A DNA stretch of 49,863 nt from an uncultured Candidatus Saccharibacteria bacterium (GCA_964565655.1 CAZMFT010000001.1:3390-53252); one strand, 5' to 3'; shown: positions 36,101-45,727, counted from the stretch's first letter. Notes: a model not told the origin generated them from the letters alone. Program-made: numbers and translations.

Positions 36101-36282
36101 TCGACGTCCTCTGCACTTCCTCCCGGGAGTATGGTCGTGACGATACCGAGCGGTATCTGGACCTCTGGCGCTGACTCCTTCGGGATGCCGAGCGCTGCGT
36201 ATACGCCGGCAAGCGTGAGCACCACCGCCAAGAGGACGGTGAAGCTCTTCTTACGAAGGAAGAAGGTCCAGAAACTCGTCAT
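33199..36282 (-). CDS. RND-family efflux transporter (AcrB/HAE-type inner-membrane subunit)
   Basis: It is 1027 aa with the characteristic N-terminus (FFLRKKSFTVLLAVVLTLAGVYA...PE) and a 12-TM architecture with two large loops. Confidence 0.9.
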   Translation of the reverse strand: MTSFWTFFLRKKSFTVLLAVVLTLAGVYAALGIPKESAPEVQIPLGIVTTILPGGSAEDVERLVTDKIEDRVLGLEGVSKVTSSSGSGVSSIQVEFVASADIDKSIQLLKDEVDKVQDLPAEAEDPMVSDVNFADQPILIISIAGDLAQGELTLLGESVRDELERVGGVSSVSLSGVREREVSVIVRQDRLRQYGLSAADVTSAIRASGVASPLGSIKVSGVEYAIRLESAATDPERIGDIALSGPGGAPIYVRDVADVVDGLSAPATFSRVSVDGAPSAPALTLSVFKSRGGNILATGTDVREKLEELQATTLAGTETVISYDAAKDISKDLHELTRAGLETVALVLIMLFLTLGWRESLAAAVSIPLSFLIAFIGMWASGNTINFVSLFSLILAIGILVDSGIVVVEAIHTRLVRYGDKRRAAVEAIREYAWPLVAGTFTTIAVFIPLFFLSGIVGKFIASIPFTVIFVLLASIFVALGLVPLIAIAMIRSELSSMERRQEEWNERAKHWYAGFLRGILGDRRKENRFLLGMLGLFVLALFLPGIGAVKSVFFPPEDMDFIYVEIEKPQGTTLTETDLSVREAEELLYGDEHIASFVSEVGAGSAFGASPGQGSKRANITVNLEEDRDVTSAEVVASLRARMSAIESARVTVTEPAGGPPTGTAIAATFSGDDLGKLSEAVNQGALVLSEMPGVVNIQTSTKDDGTEFVVRIDPAKAVERGVSPLVAADTLRTALFGSKALDVRTGSDEIEVRTMLDLNPDYADPSETTRATIEAVKELSINGTKGPIPLAAIATVTYEPAESVIRHEDGNRIASLSADVSAETTAIEATSEFLSRMEEVALPEGVTLSTGGESEDVNQSFAEMGIALLAGAALMLAILVLEFNSFRYSFYLLSIIPLSLIGVLVGLMLTGAPLSFPSMLGVIALAGVIINHAIILMDSIAHIHKERPDLSTTDVVVEAASIRFRPIILTTVVTVVGMIPLSFASSLWGPLAFSIMFGLAWSAVLTLILIPVLYHRWPGKGWEPH

Positions 36283-36287
36283 AGATA

Positions 36288-37811
36288 TTATTCAGCGCCC
36301 GCGATCCTTACCTCCTGTCCTGCGGCAAGCCCGCGCGCGTCGCGTACGATAGCGAGGGTAAGCGGAAGCTCGGAGCGGATCTCGATGCGGTCACCACGAA
36401 CCTCGCCGACCTCGACTGCGTGCGAGATGAGGCGGTTGTCCTCGCCGACCGAGAAGACGACGCGGCTACCTGCGGAAAGCTTCACCGAGGAAAGGGGAAG
36501 GAGGATAGGGCCCTGGGGCGCTTCTGCCTTCGGTGCGGTCGCAAGGCGAACGCGCACGGACTGGCCGTTCGTAAGCGTGTCGCTCTCGTCCGCTGCGATG
36601 CGCACCTCTATCTGCTTGCGGATAGGATCGAGTGCTGGCGCGATAGCGGTGATGGTGCCGCCTGCGCGCTCGTCGATGACGACCTTGTCGCCGATCTTGA
36701 GGACCTCGCGGCTCTCCGGAGAGACGTATGCAGTGATCTCAAGCGCGCCGTTCCGCGCAACGGTCGCTGCATGGGTCATTGCTGAGACGTAGTCACCGAC
36801 CTTTATAGGAAGGAAGTTCACGGTGCCGGCAATCGGCGCGCGGATGACCGTGCGCTCGTACGCGGCCTGCGCAGCGCGAAGGCCGCCCAAAGCCTGCTTT
36901 ACCGAAGCGTCTGACGCAGAGACCTGCGTCGACCCGGTACCCGACTCATACGCGACGCGCGCGGCGCGGAGGCTCGCGCGAGCAGCTGCGACGGTCGTGC
37001 GCGCAGTGTTGATGTTCGCGAGCTCCGAGGCGGTCGCGCCCGAGTCCTTACGGTTCGCGACCAAGGAGATATCGGTGATGAGACTCTCAAGGTCAGCGAC
37101 GACCTTCTCGGCCTCGCGAAGCATCGCCTCGTCAGACAAGGTGCCCGACTGCGAGTTTCGGCGCCAATCGGAAAGCGCGTCATAGATAGCATCGAAGCGC
37201 TCGCCCAAGTTGCGGCTCCCGCCGTCAGACATGCGGAACTGCGCGCGTACCGTCGGATTGATGTAAAGCGGCGCGATATAGGCGTTCACTGCGGAGTCTA
37301 TGGAGACGCGCGTCGATTCGTAGACCGTCTCTACGTCCGCGCCCGTCGAGGCATCTGCCGCGCGCTTTGCGGCCAAGGCCGCCTCGTAGGAGCCTTCAGC
37401 GGAGAGGACAGCAGCTGCCTCCGCGCGGTTCTCAAGAGACGCGATCACGAACCCAGCACCGACGTCAGCCCCGATGCGGGTATTCACGGAGGTCACCGTG
37501 CCGCTCGTCTTCGCGAGGATCTCCGCTTCAGAGACGCTCTCGACCGTGCCGAAGAGGGTCGCGGAGCCGTCGCCGCCCGAAAGGGCGCCGACCGACTCGA
37601 GGGTCACTGCAGGAGGAGTATCAGAGACCTCGTCGGCAGAGCCGCCCGTGAGCACGAAGAGCGCTATGACGAGGATGGCGACACCGACCCCGATAAGCGC
37701 CTGGTTACGCGCGGAAAGGGAACGGAAGCGGCGCCACGTAGCGCGCACGAAAGAAACGGCCCTGTATGAGAGCCGGCGGAAGACGCCTATAAGCGAGGTG
37801 ATGAATGACAT
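36288..37811 (-). CDS. Efflux adaptor / membrane-fusion protein (HlyD/RND MFP family)
   Basis: It has an N-terminal TM helix, a long coiled-coil region and the lipoyl/beta-barrel signature VIRAPIAGTVNFLPIKVGDYV. It lies 5 nt upstream of the RND gene. Confidence 0.8.
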   Translation of the reverse strand: MSFITSLIGVFRRLSYRAVSFVRATWRRFRSLSARNQALIGVGVAILVIALFVLTGGSADEVSDTPPAVTLESVGALSGGDGSATLFGTVESVSEAEILAKTSGTVTSVNTRIGADVGAGFVIASLENRAEAAAVLSAEGSYEAALAAKRAADASTGADVETVYESTRVSIDSAVNAYIAPLYINPTVRAQFRMSDGGSRNLGERFDAIYDALSDWRRNSQSGTLSDEAMLREAEKVVADLESLITDISLVANRKDSGATASELANINTARTTVAAARASLRAARVAYESGTGSTQVSASDASVKQALGGLRAAQAAYERTVIRAPIAGTVNFLPIKVGDYVSAMTHAATVARNGALEITAYVSPESREVLKIGDKVVIDERAGGTITAIAPALDPIRKQIEVRIAADESDTLTNGQSVRVRLATAPKAEAPQGPILLPLSSVKLSAGSRVVFSVGEDNRLISHAVEVGEVRGDRIEIRSELPLTLAIVRDARGLAAGQEVRIAGAE

Positions 37812-37912
37812 ATAACGGTAGGGATTTATTATACACCACAGCTAGCCACTCTGTCAAATATGGCTTCGGACCCTGACAGGGTAGCTCCGGGAGGCTGATA
37901 TACTCATGAGGC

Positions 37913-38068
37913 ATGAGACACGCGGGCGATAAGCGCACCTCGAAGCTCGCCTTCCTCGCGATCGCATTCGTCTTCATCTATCTCGCATTCTTCCGGTTCG
38001 ACCTCGCAGCCGCGTACGCCTACACGGTCACGGGCGCTCGCTCGATGCTCTCCATCTTCGGGATATAG
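37913..38068 (+). CDS. Candidate small membrane protein (51 aa, not in ORF track)
   Basis: Translation is MRHAGDKRTSKLAFLAIAFVFIYLAFFRFDLAAAYAYTVTGARSMLSIFGI. Third-codon positions are strongly GC-biased, as in real genes here. It has one TM helix. Confidence 0.4.
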   Translation: MRHAGDKRTSKLAFLAIAFVFIYLAFFRFDLAAAYAYTVTGARSMLSIFGI

Positions 38069-38121
38069 GGGTCGCACACGAACGCGCCTAAAGGCGCGCG
38101 GAGCGGTAGAATAAAGGACGC

Positions 38122-38685
38122 ATGGCGGATGAAAGGAATGACACGGCGGCACGTCTACACTCACGGAACACCGAGGAGCTCTTTGAGGACGCGTTCACGC
38201 GCTACGGCGATGAGCTATTCCGCCATGCGTACCTGCGGCTCTCTGACCGCGAGCGGGCAGTAGACCTCGTGCAGGATACGTTCCTTAGGGCGTTTGGCGC
38301 CGGCAGGAGGCCCGAGGAGATACGCGACATGCGCGCGTTCCTCTACCAGACGCTGCGGAACCTTGTCATCGACGAGTACCGTAGGAAGAAGGCGCACTCG
38401 CTCGACGCCATGCTCGAAGACGAGGATACGAACGGGGACGCACTCCTCCCTAAGGACGAGACCAACACGGTCGCGGCCGCGGAAGAGCGCCTTGACGCGA
38501 AAGCGGCCCTCGAGAAGGTGCATGAGCTGCCGCCCGCATACGCCGAAGCGGTCCTCTTGCGCTTCGTCGACGGACTCTCTCCCGGCGAGATCGCTGAACG
38601 TCTCTCGATATCCGAGAACCTGGTATCGGTGCGTATTCATCGCGCGCTCCAGGCCCTGAAGAAGCTCCTCACCCCAACGCTATGA
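38122..38685 (+). CDS. ECF-type RNA polymerase sigma factor (second copy)
   Basis: It has region 2 (VQDTFLRAF...FLYQTLRNLVIDEYRR) and a region 4 HTH (LSPGEIAERLSISENLVSVRIHRA). Confidence 0.85.
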   Translation: MADERNDTAARLHSRNTEELFEDAFTRYGDELFRHAYLRLSDRERAVDLVQDTFLRAFGAGRRPEEIRDMRAFLYQTLRNLVIDEYRRKKAHSLDAMLEDEDTNGDALLPKDETNTVAAAEERLDAKAALEKVHELPPAYAEAVLLRFVDGLSPGEIAERLSISENLVSVRIHRALQALKKLLTPTL

Positions 38686-39776
38686 CCGATTTCAACACCG
38701 ACATCAAGAACGAGGCATACCGCATCCGCCTGACGGAGGCGGAGCGTTCGCGTATCCGCGCGCGCATCCTCGCGAATGCTCCTCGTCCGATCGCGTCTCC
38801 GTACGCGAGCGTATTCGCCTATTTCACCTACTCGCGCGGGCTCGCGGTCGCGTTCTCCTTCGTGCTCGTCATCTCGGGCGCGGGCGGCACGCTCTATGCG
38901 TCGGGCTCGGCGCTCCCCGGAGACGCGCTCTACACCATAAAGACCGGCGTCGCAGAACCCCTCTCTGGCGTATTCGCCGTCTCTAAGAAAGCGGAGACCG
39001 AGTGGCACGCGAAGATAGCGACGACGCGCCTTACCGAGGCGGAGGAGCTCGCGAAGGAGGGCCGGCTCGATGAGGAGACGAGCGCTACCTTGGCGCTCGC
39101 GTTTCGCGAGCATGCGGACGCGGTAGAGACGGAGGTCGCGGATGACGAGAGTAACGCCCATGAAGACGCGGATCATGAGACGGCGCGCGAGTCGTTTGCG
39201 GCGCTCGTCGCCGCGAAAGGCGCCTCTATCCTTGAAGCGACCGATACCGATGACGCGAAGGAGGGGCGTATCGCATCCGCGAACTTCGTCCTCTCCGTCC
39301 TCGATGACGAGCGTCACGAAGAAGCGATAGCTGCGGACACGGCAGTCTCGTCGCGCATGGCGAAGAGCGCGGTTCCGGAAGATGCGGAGCCGGTAGCGCT
39401 CATGATGGCATCCGTACCTGCCGACGCGGCGCTCATGATAGAAGCGCAGTCTACGGAACGCATCGTGGACCTCGCGAAGCGCGCGAAGACGGCGTTCAGT
39501 GAGGCGCGCGAGCGCGCGGGAGACGGTGCATCACTCGATACGCGTCGGGAGCTTGCCGCCTCGTTCCGTATACTGGTGCGCGCAGAAGCGGAGCGCGCCG
39601 CTGGGAACGAGGACGCCGCACGCGCGCTCTATGACGAGCTGCTTGCGCGCGTCGCAGCTCTACGACCGGAAGGAGAGGTGAAGGGATGGATGGATTCCGG
39701 TGACTCGCGCGAAGAGGATTCCGATCTCGATGAGCGCGGATGGGATCGCGATAAGGATTCGCGTCACGACCGGTAA
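38682..39776 (+). CDS. Putative anti-sigma factor, single-pass membrane protein with a long helical Ala/Glu-rich ectodomain (DUF5667-like)
   Basis: It overlaps the sigma gene by ATGA. An N-terminal helix (ERSRIRARIL) and TM helix are followed by PGDALYTIK, a motif I associate with DUF5667. Confidence 0.55.
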   Translation: MTDFNTDIKNEAYRIRLTEAERSRIRARILANAPRPIASPYASVFAYFTYSRGLAVAFSFVLVISGAGGTLYASGSALPGDALYTIKTGVAEPLSGVFAVSKKAETEWHAKIATTRLTEAEELAKEGRLDEETSATLALAFREHADAVETEVADDESNAHEDADHETARESFAALVAAKGASILEATDTDDAKEGRIASANFVLSVLDDERHEEAIAADTAVSSRMAKSAVPEDAEPVALMMASVPADAALMIEAQSTERIVDLAKRAKTAFSEARERAGDGASLDTRRELAASFRILVRAEAERAAGNEDAARALYDELLARVAALRPEGEVKGWMDSGDSREEDSDLDERGWDRDKDSRHDR

Positions 39777-39806
39777 GAGCGTGCGCTACAATGTACCTAA
39801 CGGTAC

Positions 39807-40772
39807 ATGAGTTTCTTCCGTCGTTTCCGCTACCTTATCGCACTCGCGGCGCTCATTCTCGCGCTGTTCTCTTCCTACGGCGCCCTCTTCGGTCCTGCGG
39901 GCGGCAGCTCCTCTATCCGCACTATCGTCGTCACGCCTGACGACACGCTTGCGACCCTCGCGGGGCGTCTCAAGGACGAAGGACTCGTCAAAAGCATCTG
40001 GGCGTTCGAGCTCGCGTATGTGAGGGGGCGCGGCGGCGTCTCGGTGCGGCCCGGCGGATACGAGCTCTCGCCCGCGGAGGATGCATGGAGCATCGCTGAC
40101 ACGTTCGCGAGCTCGCCATACCTCGCGTGGGTCACGGTGCCGCGCGGCCGCCGCAAAGAGGAGATAGCCGACATACTCGCCGAGGCGCTCGCGTGGTCCG
40201 TCGACGAGAAGGCAGCGTGGCTTGCGGCGACGAGCGACAGCGACGGGTATTATTTCCCGGATCTCTACCTCATCCCGTCCGATATGCCGCCAAAGGATGT
40301 GGAGCGGGTCATGCGCGACCGCTTCGCGAAGACATGGGAGGAGTACGCGCCTAAAGCGGCTGCCATGGGGCTCACGGAAAGCGAGGTCGTGCGCGCAGCG
40401 TCCTTACTCGAGCGCGAGGCCGCAGGCGGACACGACATGCCGCTTATCGCAGGCATCATCGAGAACCGGCTTTCGCGCGGCATGAAGCTCCAGATAGATG
40501 CGACCCTGCAATATATAAAAGGAAGCGAAGAAGCAGGATGGTGGGGGAGGGTAGCGAGCGAAGACAAATACCTGGAGTCCGATTTCAATACGTACCAGCA
40601 CGCGGGGCTCCCGCCGTCAGCTATCGCGAACCCGGGCCGCATGTCCATAGAGGCGATCCTCTCGCCCGAGAAGACCTCGTGCCTCTTCTATCTGCATGAT
40701 AACGATGGCGACATCCACTGCTCGGCAAATTACGCAGGCCACGTCGCGAACATCCGGAAATACCTGCAATAG
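39807..40772 (+). CDS. mltG: Endolytic murein transglycosylase MltG (YceG-like)
   Basis: It has an N-terminal TM helix and the YceG signatures LQIDATLQYI and FNTYQHAGLPPSAIANPG. Confidence 0.9.
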   Translation: MSFFRRFRYLIALAALILALFSSYGALFGPAGGSSSIRTIVVTPDDTLATLAGRLKDEGLVKSIWAFELAYVRGRGGVSVRPGGYELSPAEDAWSIADTFASSPYLAWVTVPRGRRKEEIADILAEALAWSVDEKAAWLAATSDSDGYYFPDLYLIPSDMPPKDVERVMRDRFAKTWEEYAPKAAAMGLTESEVVRAASLLEREAAGGHDMPLIAGIIENRLSRGMKLQIDATLQYIKGSEEAGWWGRVASEDKYLESDFNTYQHAGLPPSAIANPGRMSIEAILSPEKTSCLFYLHDNDGDIHCSANYAGHVANIRKYLQ

Positions 40773-40821
40773 AGAAGGGCCCCGCATAGCGGAGCCCTTC
40801 AGCAGTCGTGTGGTCTAGAGA

Positions 40822-42072
40822 TCAGGGGCGCAGGAGCATCGACCAGCGCATGTCGGGCGAGAGCAGTTCGGCGAACGGCTCGATGTCCGACAGCTTCACG
40901 CTATTCACCCGCTCGATGAGTTCCGTGTCCGTCACGAGGCGTCCGTCCGTGGAAAGCATCGACATAGCGAGGTCAGTGAGTCCCCACCCGTTCCAGTCGC
41001 TCATGCGCGTGGCGTTCACCAGGAACTCCTTCGCATGCTGGAAGAGGTCCGGTTCGCTCGCCGCTTTCTCGATGCAGCCGGAGACGACCGTGAAGATCTC
41101 TCCGAACGCCGAAGGATCGAGACCTTTCGCACCCACGCCGAAGTCGTAGAACTCCGGGAACGGGTGGATATCCGCCTGGATACCGTAAGTCCATGCCCTC
41201 TTCTCGCGGATTTCCTCGAAGAGGACCTTGTTGAGGCAGCGTGCGTAGAGCATCGCGTGCTCACGCGGGATCTTCCGGGACAGCTTCGCCCGCGAGACGA
41301 ACTCGCCGGTCGAGACCCCAGGAAGGAGCTCGCCGCTACTCACCTCAAGCTCGGTCTCTGCAAGCGGGAGCATGATGACTCCTGCTGCGGGTTGTGTCGC
41401 GCGCGCGCCGCGTTTCTCGCGCGCGAACGAGGATGCGCTGATGAACCGCTGGAGCTCATACATCGAGAAGCCGCCGACCGCGACCACGCTCATGTTCTGG
41501 GGAACGTAGTTCACGTCGTAGTAACGCTGGAGATCGGTCTCGGTTATGGCCTCGATCGACTCCAGGGATCCGAGCGGCGAGGTGGTGCGCGAGAGCGGGC
41601 TCTCGCCGTACACCGCCTTAAGGCCGCGCAGCTCGTACTCGTAGCGGAACTCGGCCGGATAATAGTCGTGGAATTCACCCATGACGACCTGCCGCTCGCG
41701 CTCGAGGTGTCGCTCGATCCTAGCGTAGAGCAGCATGTTCCCGAAGAGCTCGAGGCTCTTCCTGAACGCAGCTTCCTCGGCCGGAGCATGGAACCGATAC
41801 GTGGTCTTCTCGTAGGATGTGCAGCCGAGCTCTGCGCGACCGCCGTGGGACTCGAAGAAATCCTCGATGGCGCGCGCCGAGCTGCCGCCGTTCTCGGAGA
41901 CCAGATGCTCCATGAAGTGGGCGGTTCCCTCGGTGCCGTCCTGGTCGTGATGGGAGCCGCTCATGACGAGCACTCCCATCATCTGCCACGGGCAGCCACG
42001 AATCTGGTGCGCATAAAGCGTCAGACCGTTCGGAAGCGTTGCAGACTCGAATGATTCGAATGGATCGCGCAT
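40822..42072 (-). CDS. M16-family (pitrilysin/insulinase) zinc peptidase
   Basis: It has the inverted zinc motif HxxEH (GTAHFMEHLV) near the N-terminus and is 416 aa. Confidence 0.8.
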   Translation of the reverse strand: MRDPFESFESATLPNGLTLYAHQIRGCPWQMMGVLVMSGSHHDQDGTEGTAHFMEHLVSENGGSSARAIEDFFESHGGRAELGCTSYEKTTYRFHAPAEEAAFRKSLELFGNMLLYARIERHLERERQVVMGEFHDYYPAEFRYEYELRGLKAVYGESPLSRTTSPLGSLESIEAITETDLQRYYDVNYVPQNMSVVAVGGFSMYELQRFISASSFAREKRGARATQPAAGVIMLPLAETELEVSSGELLPGVSTGEFVSRAKLSRKIPREHAMLYARCLNKVLFEEIREKRAWTYGIQADIHPFPEFYDFGVGAKGLDPSAFGEIFTVVSGCIEKAASEPDLFQHAKEFLVNATRMSDWNGWGLTDLAMSMLSTDGRLVTDTELIERVNSVKLSDIEPFAELLSPDMRWSMLLRP

Positions 42073-42224
42073 GGCGACCCTCCTTTCTCTAGGGGTGTAA
42101 GGAACTCAAGTTCGGAAAAATAATAGCACGAATACGGGATATTTCAATGATTCGACCCGGGAGCCCTTGCTCTAAGCCGGTTTTTTAGGTACATTCCATC
42201 TATCGGCCCTCGGGCCAATTTTTT

Positions 42225-44009
42225 ATGGAGATACGCAACATCGCGATCATCGCGCACGTGGACCACGGCAAGACCACCCTTACGGATGGCCTTTTGAAGC
42301 AGACCGGTGCCGTAAACGAGGGCGTCTCCATGGACTCCAACACCATCGAACGCGAGCGAGGCATTACCATCTACTCGAAGAACGCGTCGGTCGAGTACAA
42401 GGGTACGAAGATAAACATCGTCGACACCCCGGGGCACGCGGACTTCGGCTCCGAGGTCGAGCGCGTGCTTCGCTCCATCGACTCCGTCCTCCTCATCGTC
42501 GACGCCGCAGAGGGCCCGATGCCGCAGACGCGGTTCGTCCTCAAGAAATCCTTGGAATTGGGACTGAAGCCCATCGTCGTCATCAATAAGATAGACAAGC
42601 CAGCAGCGAACCCCGACAAGTGCGAAGAGGATGTTCTCGAGCTGTTCCTCGAGCTCGGAGCAAGCGATGAACAGTCGAATTTCACCGTCGTATACGCGAT
42701 AGGTCGCGAGGGAATCGCGAAGCGGAAGCTCGCGGATGAGTCGAAGGATCTGACACCCTTGCTCGACGTCATCCTCGAGGAGGTCACGCCTGCGAACAAG
42801 GATGCAGACGCGTCGGCGACCCTCGCTGCGCAGCCGTTCAATCTCGCGTATGACAACTTCCTCGGGCGCCTCGCGCTTACGCGCGTCTACACCGGGACTA
42901 TCTCCATGGGTCAGACGCTCTTCGTCAAGAAGCCTGATGGCACGACGCGTACCGGGAAGGTCACGAAGCTCTTCTCGTTTAAGGGGCTCGAGCGTGTCGA
43001 GACCGATAAGGCGGAGGCAGGCGACATAGTCCTCGTTGCCGGATTCCCGGACATCTTCATCGGCGAGACGTTCACCTCGGACCAGAACGCGGAACCGCTT
43101 CCTGCTATCGCGGTCGATGAGCCGACCATCACCCTCAACTTCCTCGTCAACAACTCGCCGTTCGCGGGTCGCGAAGGGAAGTACGTCACCTCGCGCCAGA
43201 TTCGCGACCGCCTCGAGAAGGAGCTCGAGGTGAACGTCGGGCTCAAGGTCGATTTCGTCTCGCCGGAGGCCTTCAAGGTCTCGGGCCGCGGCGAGCTCCA
43301 CATCGCGATATTGATGGAGAACATGCGCCGCGAGGGGTACGAGCTCCAGGTCTCGCAGCCGCAGGTCATCATCCGGGAAGAGGAGGGTCAGAAGCTCGAG
43401 CCGTTCGAGGAGACGATCATCGATACGCCGTCGGAGTTCCAGGGCGCCATCATCGAGCGCCTCGGCATGCGCGCGTTCGTCCTTCAGAACCTCATCCAGC
43501 ACGGGAACCAGGTGCGTCTCATCCTCAAGGGTCCGACCCGCGGCCTCCTTGGCTACCGCAACCAGTTCGTCATCGATACGCGCGGCGAAGGCATACTCTC
43601 TTCGCGCTTCGTCGGCTTCGAGCCGTACGCAGGCGAGATCAAGAAGCGCGTCGTCGGCTCTATGGTCTCTATGGCGACCGGAAAGGCCCTCGGCTACTCC
43701 CTCTGGAGCATGCAGGACCGTGGCCTCCTTTACATAACGCCCGCAACCGAGGTGTACGAGGGCATGGTGGTGGGGAATACGTCGAAGGGCGAGGAGATGC
43801 TCGTGAACCCTACGAAGGGGAAGGCGATGTCGAATGTCCGCTCATCAGGCACCGACGAAGCGTTGACCCTCGTTCCTGCGTTCGAGCTCACTATCGAGCG
43901 CGGTCTCGAAGTCATGATGGATGACGAATACCTCGAGGTGACGCCGCAGTCGGTACGTCTTCGCAAGCAGCATTTGACGGAGAACGATCGTACGAAGGCC
44001 CGCCGCTAG
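42225..44009 (+). CDS. typA: Translational GTPase TypA/BipA
   Basis: It has [25 protein letters not shown] and NKID motifs. At 594 aa it has a typical TypA C-terminus. Confidence 0.95.
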   Translation: MEIRNIAIIAHVDHGKTTLTDGLLKQTGAVNEGVSMDSNTIERERGITIYSKNASVEYKGTKINIVDTPGHADFGSEVERVLRSIDSVLLIVDAAEGPMPQTRFVLKKSLELGLKPIVVINKIDKPAANPDKCEEDVLELFLELGASDEQSNFTVVYAIGREGIAKRKLADESKDLTPLLDVILEEVTPANKDADASATLAAQPFNLAYDNFLGRLALTRVYTGTISMGQTLFVKKPDGTTRTGKVTKLFSFKGLERVETDKAEAGDIVLVAGFPDIFIGETFTSDQNAEPLPAIAVDEPTITLNFLVNNSPFAGREGKYVTSRQIRDRLEKELEVNVGLKVDFVSPEAFKVSGRGELHIAILMENMRREGYELQVSQPQVIIREEEGQKLEPFEETIIDTPSEFQGAIIERLGMRAFVLQNLIQHGNQVRLILKGPTRGLLGYRNQFVIDTRGEGILSSRFVGFEPYAGEIKKRVVGSMVSMATGKALGYSLWSMQDRGLLYITPATEVYEGMVVGNTSKGEEMLVNPTKGKAMSNVRSSGTDEALTLVPAFELTIERGLEVMMDDEYLEVTPQSVRLRKQHLTENDRTKARR

Positions 44010-44011
44010 CT

Positions 44012-44040
44012 TGCAAAAGCAGCGAATACCTGCTATAGTC
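44012..44040 (+). promoter_or_regulatory. Candidate sigma70 promoter of the DEAD-box helicase gene
   Basis: TTGCAA-17 nt-TATAGT begins 2 nt after the typA stop. This implies a leader of about 155 nt. Confidence 0.5.
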
Positions 44041-44202
44041 TTTCGAACAACTCGGACCTAGGTTTTACCGTCTTGAGCAACCTCGAGACCGCCCCACAGA
44101 CAGAATCGCTCGGGGATGAAAACACTCACAGACGCGTTGTATTAATCCGGCGTTCAGGGCCACTGATTTACGGCCTCGGTTCGCACTCACCAATCCAGCC
44201 AT

Positions 44203-45540
44203 ATGGCTACGTTCTATCGAACGCCGTGGAAGAATGCTTCCGGCGGCGACTCTCAAGATTATTCATCGTTCGCGCCTCGCGGGCGGGGACCAGGTCGTGG
44301 CGCATCGCGCGGCGGTCCTTCGAGCCGTGGCGGCTCTCGCGGCGGGTATTCCGCACGCCCGTCTTATGGCGCGTCGCGCGGCGGCTCTCGCTATGGCGGG
44401 GGTGGCGGTCGCGGCGGCAGGGGCAATCAGGGTCAGTACATCGACCCGTCTAAATTCATCAACAAGGCACAGCCTCTTGCGGAGGAGGCCCCATTCGTAC
44501 CGGTCCACCAGTTCGCAGATTTCGCCATAGGCGACAGCCTCAAGGCGAATCTTGCCGCAAAGGGCTATACGCAGCCGACCCCTATCCAGGACCAGGCAGT
44601 ACCGGTCGCGCTTACCGGGAAGGACATCGTCGGGCTCGCGAACACCGGAACCGGAAAGACCGGCGCGTTCCTCATCCCGCTTATTGACCGCGCGATGCGC
44701 GACGGCGGACTCCGCGTCCTCGTCATGGCGCCTACTCGCGAGCTTGCGGTTCAGATTCGCGACGAATTCAAGGGCTTCGCGAAGGGACTCCCGCTTTCCG
44801 CCGCACTCGTGGTGGGCGGCGCGGGCATCTACCCGCAGGTCTCCGAGCTGAAGCGTAATCCCGCATTCGTCATCGGTACGCCAGGACGCTTGAAGGATAT
44901 GATCGAACGCAAAGCGCTCGATCTCTCCGAGTTCAGCGCCGTCGTCCTCGACGAGGCTGACCGCATGCTCGACATGGGATTCATCGACGATATGCGCACC
45001 ATCCTGGGGCACATGCCGCGCGAGCGCCACACGCTCTTCTTCTCGGCGACGATGTCGAAGGATATCGAGGCCCTCATCGGCGAGTTCCTCAAGGACCCGA
45101 CGCATGTCTCGGTCCGCACCCGCGAGACCGCAGCGTCTATCGATCAGGACATCGTCCGGGTCGCTCCCGGCGGCTCGAAGTTCGAGATGCTCGTCGACCT
45201 CCTCAAGGATGCGCAGGAGTTCTCGAAGGTGCTCGTCTTCGGACGCACGAAGCACGGCGTCGAACGCCTCGCGAAAGACCTTTCGCGTCGCGGCATACGC
45301 GCTGAAGCCATCCACGGCAATAAGACACACAACAATCGCTTAAAGGCCCTGGATCTCTTCAAGAAGGACCATGTACAGGTCCTCGTCGCCACCGATGTGG
45401 CGGCGCGCGGACTCGATATCTCGGGCGTCTCCCACGTCATCAACTTCGACCAGCCGTCGACCTACGAGGATTATGTCCATCGTATCGGCCGGACCGGCCG
45501 CGCGGGGAAGACGGGAAAGGCACTGACCTTCGTCAACTAA
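44203..45540 (+). CDS. DEAD-box ATP-dependent RNA helicase with an N-terminal Arg/Gly-rich extension
   Basis: It has the Q motif (GYTQPTPIQ), ANTGTGKT, DEAD, SAT, ARGLD and HRIGRTGRAG motifs. The first ~85 aa or so are RG/RGG repeats. Confidence 0.9.
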   Translation: MATFYRTPWKNASGGDSQDYSSFAPRGRGPGRGASRGGPSSRGGSRGGYSARPSYGASRGGSRYGGGGGRGGRGNQGQYIDPSKFINKAQPLAEEAPFVPVHQFADFAIGDSLKANLAAKGYTQPTPIQDQAVPVALTGKDIVGLANTGTGKTGAFLIPLIDRAMRDGGLRVLVMAPTRELAVQIRDEFKGFAKGLPLSAALVVGGAGIYPQVSELKRNPAFVIGTPGRLKDMIERKALDLSEFSAVVLDEADRMLDMGFIDDMRTILGHMPRERHTLFFSATMSKDIEALIGEFLKDPTHVSVRTRETAASIDQDIVRVAPGGSKFEMLVDLLKDAQEFSKVLVFGRTKHGVERLAKDLSRRGIRAEAIHGNKTHNNRLKALDLFKKDHVQVLVATDVAARGLDISGVSHVINFDQPSTYEDYVHRIGRTGRAGKTGKALTFVN

Positions 45541-45661
45541 AGCTCCGCTCAGGCATATTCCTCGATAGGTACGACGTATTTTCCAGCTAGAAAATCGTCT
45601 CGCTCTCGTGCCGTCGCGCTCCGAGAGCCCTCTCTCGGAACACGCCCTCGCTCTGTAAGAA

Positions 45662-45699
45662 CCACAGCCCGGCCTATGGCCGGGCTGTGGTATTGTTTG
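45662..45699 (+). terminator. Rho-independent terminator
   Basis: ccacagcccggcc-tat-ggccgggctgtgg (13 bp) followed by tattgtttg. Confidence 0.65.
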
Positions 45700-45727
45700 C
45701 GGGTATTGCCAATCAGCTCGTACTTAC

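Noticed and set aside
36990-37080. KDSGATAS in the efflux adaptor protein resembling the ApbE flavinylation motif [S/T]GA[S/T]
   Set aside because: The Asp spacing does not match the Dxx[S/T]GA[T/S] consensus. The context is a coiled-coil of an MFP rather than an FMN-binding fold, and the gene is 25 kb from apbE. It is probably coincidental. The same goes for TGAS in the M23 peptidase and the C-terminal RTRAS of the Pro-rich protein.
42144-43502. 452-aa ORF antisense to typA
   Set aside because: typA on the plus strand is unambiguous (G1-G4 motifs). The antisense product is Arg/Leu/Asp/Glu-rich with no motifs. Four other antisense ORFs are rejected in the same way: 41035..42054 (antisense to the M16 peptidase), 44263..45330 (antisense to the DEAD-box helicase), 34750..36174 (antisense to RND) and 38637..39317.
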